Below the pieces are notes generated by a model. The model saw only the letters and a list, made by a program, of their open reading frames with translations, was not told where the DNA came from and did not search any database. A stretch of DNA of 64,000 nucleotides from a virus: positions 1 to 64,000 of the IMG/VR virus record IMGVR_UViG_3300045988_046952; one strand, given 5' to 3'. Position 1 is the stretch's first letter, and each line of letters begins with the position of its first letter. Positions 56,326-64,000 of this stretch are shown here, in pieces. Both the position numbers and the translations under genes were made by a program.

Positions 56326-56877
56326 ATGAGTAATAACGGAACAATGGATGTAATGTTTGGGGGTAAAGGATTAAGCTTTGCCGGTGCAGATGGATTTAAA
56401 GATTTAAAGAAAGAAGCTGCTGTGGAAGCACATAATAAAGCAGTAGATACTTACACTAAAGCACTTAATAAGAACATTAAAGATGAATTGGAGAAAGCGG
56501 AGGAAGTAACAGAGAAGATGAATAGTATGGAAATTATGCCTATTAATTCATACGTATTGGTTAGACCTTATGCTAAGAATCCGTATCAAAAGATAGAAGT
56601 GACTAAAGGCGGACTTATTATACCAGAATATGACGGAGCATTTAAGAATCCAGACACTGGAGAGAAAGATACAGAGTATCAACTTTCAGTTGTAGCTAAT
56701 GTTATAGAAGTAAGTCCTTTGTGTAAGTTTATTAAACCGGGAGACGATATATATTATAGACGTTCTTCTGGAGTACCTGTTCCGTTCTTCAGACAAGGAT
56801 TTGAAGTTGTAGCTGAACAGCAAGTGCAGGTGGTTATTAATGAAGGTTTAAAAGAACGATTTAAAAGTATAGAATAA
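56326..56877 (+). CDS. GroES/gp31-like co-chaperonin domain protein (183 aa)
   Basis: C-terminal MPINSYVLVRPYA...KTKGGLIIPE...VVANVIEVS...IKPGDDIYY...GFEVVAEQQV follows the GroES pattern. Confidence 0.45.
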   Translation: MSNNGTMDVMFGGKGLSFAGADGFKDLKKEAAVEAHNKAVDTYTKALNKNIKDELEKAEEVTEKMNSMEIMPINSYVLVRPYAKNPYQKIEVTKGGLIIPEYDGAFKNPDTGEKDTEYQLSVVANVIEVSPLCKFIKPGDDIYYRRSSGVPVPFFRQGFEVVAEQQVQVVINEGLKERFKSIE

Positions 56878-57101
56878 TGGAAGAGAAAGTGTTTTATCAA
56901 CCAGGAGATGTAGTAACATTAAGACAAGACATCCCATATAAACCTCAGATGATTGTAGTTAAGAAAGAGACGATGACGTTTAGACCATCTAAGGATGAGA
57001 AGAAAGATGAATATTTCAAGGGTATTAGATGTAGATGGTTCTCTACAAGAGGAGAGCTACAAGAAGCTATCTTTAATACTAAAGACTTAATTAAACTATA
57101 A
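56877..57101 (+). CDS. hypothetical protein (74 aa)
   Basis: ORF track; ATGA coupling. Confidence 0.4.
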   Translation: MEEKVFYQPGDVVTLRQDIPYKPQMIVVKKETMTFRPSKDEKKDEYFKGIRCRWFSTRGELQEAIFNTKDLIKL

Positions 57102-57928
57102 TGGCAACTAAGTTTCAACAAGGTGGGCAGGACGACCAAGAGTTGTTCTCTGCCTACCTTATTAAGTTATTTAAGCCTAAGTCTCAGCAGGAGTTTGAGG
57201 ATACTATATCCAAACTCTCAGAGAGGGAAATTAATGAAATCTATAAACAATACAAGAGTATGGAGAATAATCAAACTATCATGGCTAAGATGGGAGCCAA
57301 AATTAACTACATTAGCAGATTGCAAGGTAAGTGTCCAGAAGGTTATGAGGTAGAGAGATTCATGGCTGGAGGATGTGTTAAATGTAGAAGGAAAGCAATG
57401 GCTGAAGGCAGTAAAGCTATGGACGTATTCAAAGATAAATGTGGAGGTAAAGCCAAGAGACGCATTAAGAAGAGCGAGAATGGTGATAAAATAGCAGTTA
57501 ATAAGACTGATACTGTACACACCAGTAAGGGAATATATAATGTTAGTAATAAGAAGCTCCCTTATAAGAAGATGTCCAAAGCAGATTACAAAGGACTACC
57601 TTTAAAAGACAAAATGAAAGTTGATATGAAAGACCAGGCTAACGGCAGAGGTGCTAGCGGAGCAGGTGCAACTAGAGGTAGTAATATAGGTAAAAAGTTA
57701 AGAGGTGGCACTATTACTTCGTTCAAGTGCGGAGGAAGGGCTAAGAAGAGAATTAAGAAGAATATGGGCGGAACTGTTAGCAATAAATGGAGTATTCCTA
57801 GTAAAGCTAGCGGTGATGCTATTAAACACATTAAAGGTGGACCAGGCTCAGCAGATAGCACTAGAGAAATGAAATTTAATGGGTTTCAGAGGAAAGCACT
57901 AGCTGGTAAGCCTTATAAAAGCAAATAA
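57101..57928 (+). CDS. highly basic protein with repeated KCGG(K/R)AK(R/K)RIKK motif (275 aa)
   Basis: ORF track; likely nucleic-acid binding. Confidence 0.45.
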   Translation: MATKFQQGGQDDQELFSAYLIKLFKPKSQQEFEDTISKLSEREINEIYKQYKSMENNQTIMAKMGAKINYISRLQGKCPEGYEVERFMAGGCVKCRRKAMAEGSKAMDVFKDKCGGKAKRRIKKSENGDKIAVNKTDTVHTSKGIYNVSNKKLPYKKMSKADYKGLPLKDKMKVDMKDQANGRGASGAGATRGSNIGKKLRGGTITSFKCGGRAKKRIKKNMGGTVSNKWSIPSKASGDAIKHIKGGPGSADSTREMKFNGFQRKALAGKPYKSK

Positions 57929-57930
57929 AT

Positions 57931-58506
57931 ATGAAAGTATTCCTATTTGATAATGGTACTAATTCGGTGATTGTGAATGAGCCAGAGGTTCTTCTTATTA
58001 AGGAGTTCGCAGCTCTATGGACTAATGAAAGGAATAAGACCAAAGAAGACCCTACGGGAGTTTGCAAATCAAGAGCTTATAGAGAGCTTGTTTACATATG
58101 GCTAATGTTAGATTGGGCATCTCCATACTCTGATTATACAGAGCAAGAAAGACATCAATCATGTCTTCAGGATGCTAATTTAAGTGAAGAGGAATGGGCA
58201 GACCCAATCTTCAGAGCCGCATGTAGGAAGTACAGAGATATTCAAAACGAATCTAGAGCACTTAAACTCATTAAGTCTGCTCAAAGTGTAGTCGATAGAA
58301 TTACTGATTACTTTGACACCATAGATTTATCCGAAAGAGACCCAGTTACTAATAGACCTGTTTGGAAAGTGGCTGATGTAATGAAAGAAATGCAATCAGT
58401 TTCTAAGGTTATAGAAGAACTTAAAACTCTTGAGTATATGTACAAGAAAGAGCAAGAGGAAGAGACTGGTATCAGAGGTGAAGGTAAGAAAGGACATTTA
58501 GATTAG
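57931..58506 (+). CDS. possible terminase small subunit (191 aa)
   Basis: position immediately upstream of TerL; no motif support. Confidence 0.35.
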   Translation: MKVFLFDNGTNSVIVNEPEVLLIKEFAALWTNERNKTKEDPTGVCKSRAYRELVYIWLMLDWASPYSDYTEQERHQSCLQDANLSEEEWADPIFRAACRKYRDIQNESRALKLIKSAQSVVDRITDYFDTIDLSERDPVTNRPVWKVADVMKEMQSVSKVIEELKTLEYMYKKEQEEETGIRGEGKKGHLD

Positions 58507-58508
58507 TT

Positions 58509-60785
58509 ATGGCTGGACGTGGCAGACCTAAGAAGAAAGTCGAAATTCCAGAAACAGTTCAAGAGTTAATACAGAGAGTAGAACCAGAGTTAATAGAAGC
58601 TGTTCAACATATGAATCCTGTCATAGAGGACAATTCAATTAAAACATCTAATGTTGAATGGGATGTATCATTAGATACCGAGATTAAGCATTTCGACCCT
58701 ACTCTATCTTATGAGCTGACTGGATATCGACCAGTGGATGAAGAAAGAGGACTGGATTTTAATCCAGAGTGGTTCACTGAAGCTAGACAGATTAAACTAA
58801 GAAACGGTAAATACTGTGCTTATCCGGAAGGAACAAAGAAGTATAATGACTTTTGGGACGAAGAGGTTAGAAGATGTAATCGAGGATATGAATCACATGG
58901 GTATAGGATTACAGGTGATAATTACTTCTTCCTTAATTATTATAGGTTGAAAAATACTGATGTGTCTCAAGCTGGTACTGGTCGTGAAACTACATTCCCT
59001 TCATTCTTTAGTAAGCAGTATGAGTACTTCCATTACATAGAAATGTGTGAGAAATTGAAGAAAGATGTATGTGCCCTTAAAGCTCGTGGAGTCGGTTTTA
59101 GTGAAATTGCAGCATCTTTAGGAGTTAGGTTATATACAACTGTTAGAGGTTCGCATACAGTATATGTAGCATTTACCGAGAAATTCGTTAGTGACGTACT
59201 TCGTAAATGCTGGGAGCAACTTGAGTATTTAAATGCTGATACAGAAGGCGGCATGAGACACCTAAGACAGAAATATAATTCTGATATGCATAAGAGAGCT
59301 TCTCTTCTTACTAAAGACAGAGAAGAATTTGGATTCATGTCAGACATTATTGGCTTCGTAGTAGATGTTCCTCGTAAGCTACGTGGAGACCGTGTGGATA
59401 GATTGTTCTTTGAAGAATCTGGTTCTAACCCAATCCTAGTAAAGACTTACTTACAGAGTACAGCTCTTGTAGAGATTCTGGGTAATAAGTTTGGAACTAG
59501 ATTTGTGTGGGGAACAGGTGGAGACCAGGGACCTGCACTTGACGGACTTAGTAAGATGTTTTATAATCCAGCTGGTTATAATTTCTTACCTTATAAACAT
59601 AACCATACTAAAGACGGGTCTTATGCTTTTACCTCATTCTTCATACCTGCTTACACATTTGTAGCAGCAAATGGATATGTAGACGATAGAGGAGTTACTA
59701 ATACTGCGAAGGCTAAGAAGTTCTATTTGGACCAAAGAGAAGCTCTACTAGCTAACCCGAAGGAGCATTTAATTGCATGTGCAGAGTTCTGTTTTACTCC
59801 TGATGATGCTTTGGCTCTTGAAGGAGATAATCAGTTTAATACTGTATTGTTAAGTGAGCAACTTGCTAATATCAAACTACACAAACTGGGACCACATATT
59901 GATGTAGGCCAGTTAGAGTATAACTTCACTAACAACCAGCACACAGAAGAAGCAATTGATAGTGTAAGATTTGTTAGTAACCCCAAAGGTAAAGTTAAGA
60001 TACTTGAACATCCGATTAGAGGAGAACATGGAGCTGTACCTAGAAATTTATATGTTGCTGGTATTGACGGTATTGATATGGGTGGTGAAGACACTTCTGA
60101 TAAGACTCAAGACCCTTCTGATTTCTGTGTAGTAGTTAAAAAGAGAGCTTATGGATTAGATGAACCTAAAATAGTGTGCTATTATAGGGACAGACCTAAA
60201 ACTTTACGTGAAGCACATATGACATGTCTTAAGATATTACAGTATTACGATTGCCAGGCAGTTCTTGAATCTACTAGAATGTCTACTCTGCAATTCTTTA
60301 GAGAGAAACATAAAGAGAATAGACATTTGATGAGAAGACCTAGAGCTACTCAATCTGACATACAAGGAGGTCGTAGTAAACAATTCGGAGCTCCTGCTAC
60401 TGAAGTAGTAATTAGGCATCAATTAGATTTAATAGCTCAACATATAGAAGATTATTGTCATAATATATGGTTTGAAGAAATTCTAGAAGAAGCAATTAAA
60501 TACAGTTATGAGAATAAACGTAAGTTTGATATTATAGCTGCATGGGGTATGTGCGAACTAGGAGACGAGGAATTAATGGGAGTAGTTCCTAAAGAAATGG
60601 ACAGTCCTAATAACAAACTAAGACCTTTCGGTTATTGGGTTGACGAAAGAGGAATTAGACATAAAGGAGTTATTCCAGAGAAACAACAGATAGTACCTAA
60701 GTTTAATTTATGGCCTACACAATACGATGACCCTACAAGAATTAGAAGTAGCAATCAGAGATTTATTCAAACAGATTTATCATAA
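58509..60785 (+). CDS. terL: terminase large subunit
   Basis: Walker-A-like KARGVGFS, Walker-B-like RLFFEESG, nuclease-domain start YVAGIDGIDMGGED; 758 aa. Confidence 0.7.
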   Translation: MAGRGRPKKKVEIPETVQELIQRVEPELIEAVQHMNPVIEDNSIKTSNVEWDVSLDTEIKHFDPTLSYELTGYRPVDEERGLDFNPEWFTEARQIKLRNGKYCAYPEGTKKYNDFWDEEVRRCNRGYESHGYRITGDNYFFLNYYRLKNTDVSQAGTGRETTFPSFFSKQYEYFHYIEMCEKLKKDVCALKARGVGFSEIAASLGVRLYTTVRGSHTVYVAFTEKFVSDVLRKCWEQLEYLNADTEGGMRHLRQKYNSDMHKRASLLTKDREEFGFMSDIIGFVVDVPRKLRGDRVDRLFFEESGSNPILVKTYLQSTALVEILGNKFGTRFVWGTGGDQGPALDGLSKMFYNPAGYNFLPYKHNHTKDGSYAFTSFFIPAYTFVAANGYVDDRGVTNTAKAKKFYLDQREALLANPKEHLIACAEFCFTPDDALALEGDNQFNTVLLSEQLANIKLHKLGPHIDVGQLEYNFTNNQHTEEAIDSVRFVSNPKGKVKILEHPIRGEHGAVPRNLYVAGIDGIDMGGEDTSDKTQDPSDFCVVVKKRAYGLDEPKIVCYYRDRPKTLREAHMTCLKILQYYDCQAVLESTRMSTLQFFREKHKENRHLMRRPRATQSDIQGGRSKQFGAPATEVVIRHQLDLIAQHIEDYCHNIWFEEILEEAIKYSYENKRKFDIIAAWGMCELGDEELMGVVPKEMDSPNNKLRPFGYWVDERGIRHKGVIPEKQQIVPKFNLWPTQYDDPTRIRSSNQRFIQTDLS

Positions 60786-61038
60786 AGAATATGTGGCTAA
60801 ATTAAAGCTAGAAGAGCTACAAACTGCCGAGGGGACACATAGGGGTTATAAGTTAACACTTGGCATGAATAATATAGACAAGCCACTTATTATATCGTTT
60901 GAGGGTGGTGAAGTAGCGTATCTTAAATTTCTTAGACAGGAATTAAGAGATAGAAGATTAGGCGACACACATTATTTCCTAGGATATAAACAATATAACG
61001 GATTAGAGAGTTGTAATGAGTGCACAGAACAGGAGTGA
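60727..61038 (+). CDS. hypothetical small ORF overlapping TerL end and portal start (103 aa)
   Basis: ORF track; may be spurious. Confidence 0.25.
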   Translation: MTLQELEVAIRDLFKQIYHKEYVAKLKLEELQTAEGTHRGYKLTLGMNNIDKPLIISFEGGEVAYLKFLRQELRDRRLGDTHYFLGYKQYNGLESCNECTEQE

Positions 61039-63217
61039 TGAGTACTTAATGGAGCATATTGATAAGGCAGTGTCAGAATTAGTATTTCCTAAGTACAAAT
61101 TACAGAAAGCATATAATTATTATAATGGATATAGAGATGCCGAACAATATAGGTATCTAGAAGAGAATTTTGGAATAGGTAATCCTACTTCTATAGAATT
61201 TACTCCTCTTATCAGGAAGCATGTTGATGCTTTACTTGGAGAATACCTAGGTACTCCATTACTGCCTAAAGTGTCATGCAAGGATAAAGAAACTATATCT
61301 AAGATATCTAGAGATAAGGAATTACAAATTAATAAAGAAGTATATCAATACTTACAACAACATCTTAACAATCAGATACTAGCGTTCTTAGGAGGACAAG
61401 AAGTAACTGATAAGGCTGTAGAGGCTCAACTTAATAAGTTAGTAGAAGATATTAATAATAGCTTTGTTAGCGAGTATGAAATAGCTGCACAGAATGTTGT
61501 TGAGTATATAATCCAATCTAGAGATATTAACTTACTTACTAAGTTAAAGAACCTGTTACTTGACTTACTAGTAACTGGCATGAGCTTTTACCAGGTTCAT
61601 CCTAGTAGGAAGAGAACTAATATAGAAATAGAGGTATTAGACCCACGTAATGTATTCGTTGATAGAAATCCAGAATCTGTATATGTTAGAGATAGCTACA
61701 GAGTAGTTATTAGACGTTGGTTAACTAAGCAACAAATACTTAATAAATATGGTCCTCAACTAGATACAAGTAGTATCAATGAATTAGAGGAGATGTTTGA
61801 GGGATATTACGATAGTAGTTATATATATGTACGCGCTATGAGCAATCAAGCTACTGGAGCTCCTATTACAGACGGACTCGAGGCGGGTAAAGAAGTAATA
61901 CCTGGATTCCCTACCGACTACTATGAGACTTACAATTATAAGTTAATACCTGTGTTTGAAGTTGAGTGGATTGATGTTGATAAAGAAGGAGAAGATTATG
62001 TAGAGAATAGATATGAAGGAGTTAAAATCGGAGAATCTATTTACATTCTTACTGGTAAGTCTCCTGATGTAGTTAGAACTAAAGATAATCCTACACACTG
62101 TGGATTGTCAGTTAATGGTTTGTTCTTTGTAAACAGAAGTAACGAACCATATTCACTTGTGCTTGCATGTTCACATCTTCAAGACAAGTATGATTTGATT
62201 ACTTTCTTTAGGGACAATGTAATTGCTAATAGTGGTACTAGTGGAGACTGGATTGACTTTAGTATGCTACCTATGGCTCTTGGTGATGATTTGACTGAAA
62301 GATTGCAGAAATTCATTGCCTATAAGAAGACTGGTGTGGCTCCTATTGATACTTCACAAGAAGGTAGGGCATTTAACAACAATACTTCTTTTGCTGGATT
62401 CGATGACTTATTAAAAGCTGATACTATTCAGGCATTTAATATGGCGTTGCAGATGTTAGAAGAGCAGACATCATCTATTACTGGAGTGTTTAGAGAGAGA
62501 TTAAATGGAATAGAAACTAGGGATGCTGTTAGTAATGTTAAGGCAGGTATGAGAAACTCTTATATCATTACTAAATCTTACTATCAACAAATGGATACTT
62601 TGGCAGAGGATATTCTGATTGATTCTCTTAATTGTGCTAAGAAGGTATGGAAACATAAACCACTTACTGGAACTTTAGTGCTAGGTGACAAACTACAGAA
62701 AGTATTTACTGCTCTCCCTGAACATTTTACTTTTACTGACTATGATATTCATGTAATAGCTAGTAGTAGAATTATGGAGGAAATGCAGAACATGCAACAG
62801 TTAATGATTGAGTTCATCAAGAGTGGTCAACTAGACCCAGACATAGCTATGGAGTGCATGACTGCCAGAAGTATGACTGAACTCAAATCTAAATTGTCTA
62901 AAGCATTTCAAAAGAGAAGAGAAGAAACTCAGAACACTGCACAGATGCAACAACAGAACGAAGAGCTACAGAAGCAACTTCAAAAGGCGGAACAAGAGAA
63001 AGAGCAGCTTAATAATAAGATTGCATCTCTTAATGAAGCTAAGATTGCTATTGATAGGCAGAAGGTTGAATATGACTATGAGATTGGCCTTATTAAGGCT
63101 AACGCTGATAGAGATTATAAGCAGAGTACTTCTGACAATGACACCAAAAGAACAGATATTGAGATAGCCCAATTGTACGATGGGAATCAGCAGAATAACG
63201 AAGTGAAGAACGTATAA
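61016..63217 (+). CDS. probable portal protein (733 aa)
   Basis: large ORF immediately downstream of TerL; size and position only. Confidence 0.5.
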   Translation: MSAQNRSDEYLMEHIDKAVSELVFPKYKLQKAYNYYNGYRDAEQYRYLEENFGIGNPTSIEFTPLIRKHVDALLGEYLGTPLLPKVSCKDKETISKISRDKELQINKEVYQYLQQHLNNQILAFLGGQEVTDKAVEAQLNKLVEDINNSFVSEYEIAAQNVVEYIIQSRDINLLTKLKNLLLDLLVTGMSFYQVHPSRKRTNIEIEVLDPRNVFVDRNPESVYVRDSYRVVIRRWLTKQQILNKYGPQLDTSSINELEEMFEGYYDSSYIYVRAMSNQATGAPITDGLEAGKEVIPGFPTDYYETYNYKLIPVFEVEWIDVDKEGEDYVENRYEGVKIGESIYILTGKSPDVVRTKDNPTHCGLSVNGLFFVNRSNEPYSLVLACSHLQDKYDLITFFRDNVIANSGTSGDWIDFSMLPMALGDDLTERLQKFIAYKKTGVAPIDTSQEGRAFNNNTSFAGFDDLLKADTIQAFNMALQMLEEQTSSITGVFRERLNGIETRDAVSNVKAGMRNSYIITKSYYQQMDTLAEDILIDSLNCAKKVWKHKPLTGTLVLGDKLQKVFTALPEHFTFTDYDIHVIASSRIMEEMQNMQQLMIEFIKSGQLDPDIAMECMTARSMTELKSKLSKAFQKRREETQNTAQMQQQNEELQKQLQKAEQEKEQLNNKIASLNEAKIAIDRQKVEYDYEIGLIKANADRDYKQSTSDNDTKRTDIEIAQLYDGNQQNNEVKNV

Positions 63218-63975
63218 TGGAATTAAAAATTAAAGTTTGCACTAACGATAGCTGTAAGGTAATCATACTTGACGATACTGGTACAGGAGAGAATGGCTAT
63301 TTGCCTGAATCTTCTTCAGTCATCGTCAAGAACAGATTCAAGTACTCTGACACTGTATCTATTGATGTCTTACAACATAATAAGGCAGATGGGCCTGAAA
63401 TACAACTTCCTGTTTACACTTTACATGATGACGGTAATAAGTCAGTAACTATGCCAGTAGGGTTTGATGGGTGGTTTAATGTATATCATATAGTTCTGCC
63501 GACTAAAGATTGGTTTGATAGAGAGATGGGTAAAACGGCTGGTTCAGCTGTAACTATGTATGCCACTGTGTACTATTCGGACGGCATCTACATCTATAAG
63601 TATTTTAATGGCACATCTACGACCGTAACTGTAGATGAGATAGTAGAGAGGAACGTAGAAGATACTACAATTTCTAGGACATATAATAATTACGTGTCTA
63701 TTTGTTTTCTTAAGAAATGTTATATATCTTTGTGCCAGCAAATATTTAATAGCAGAGGTTTCAGTAAATGTTGGAGTAAGAATGCTGTAGCGGCCGAATT
63801 ATCCTACAAGAGAGATTTAGTCTGGATGGCTATTAATGTAATCAAATATATGGTTCAATCTAATCAGTTAGCTGAAGCTGAACGAATCATAGAACAAATA
63901 GGAGGTTGTAATGGCTTGTGTAAATCAGAATACAGCAAATGGCCAGAGCAAGGCTGTGGATGCTCTCAAAGATAA
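63217..63975 (+). CDS. hypothetical protein (252 aa), Cys-containing
   Basis: ORF track; ATGA coupling to portal. Confidence 0.4.
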   Translation: MELKIKVCTNDSCKVIILDDTGTGENGYLPESSSVIVKNRFKYSDTVSIDVLQHNKADGPEIQLPVYTLHDDGNKSVTMPVGFDGWFNVYHIVLPTKDWFDREMGKTAGSAVTMYATVYYSDGIYIYKYFNGTSTTVTVDEIVERNVEDTTISRTYNNYVSICFLKKCYISLCQQIFNSRGFSKCWSKNAVAAELSYKRDLVWMAINVIKYMVQSNQLAEAERIIEQIGGCNGLCKSEYSKWPEQGCGCSQR

Positions 63976-64000
63976 GGTGATTTGTGAATACAAAGAACTG

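Overview
This 64 kb window looks like part of a large tailed dsDNA phage genome (about 36% GC, mostly weak or absent Shine-Dalgarno sites). Transcription is divergent around an AT-rich repeat-bearing intergenic region at about 42.9-43.6 kb. The leftward arm (1-42.9 kb, all minus strand) carries a large tRNA array: about 26 canonical tRNAs, several tRNA-like elements with aberrant anticodon arms, an initiator-type tRNA-Met, a putative amber suppressor tRNA (anticodon CUA) and a phage-encoded tmRNA with tag AEIDYNRMAA. HNH and DUF559-type homing endonucleases and a conserved hairpin repeat family are interspersed among the tRNAs. The same arm holds many accessory genes: an adenylosuccinate-synthetase-family protein (PurA/PurZ-like), an SPFH/flotillin plus NfeD-like membrane pair, an AAA+ ATPase, two vWA proteins, RNase H, a ParB-like protein, a duplicated protein family and many small hypothetical, acidic and Zn-ribbon proteins. 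The rightward arm (43.6-64 kb) has small early-type ORFs, a 1251-aa virion protein with a GH73 glucosaminidase domain (minus strand), a block of small N/T/S-rich structural-like ORFs, then a plus-strand packaging block with a PD-(D/E)xK nuclease, a GroES-like protein, terminase large subunit and portal. Other notable signals are 9-12 nt G/C homopolymer tracts at the 5' ends of ORFs, one of which splits an ORF, and an in-frame TAG separating two co-framed ORFs. All calls come from reading the sequence by eye; no searches were run.
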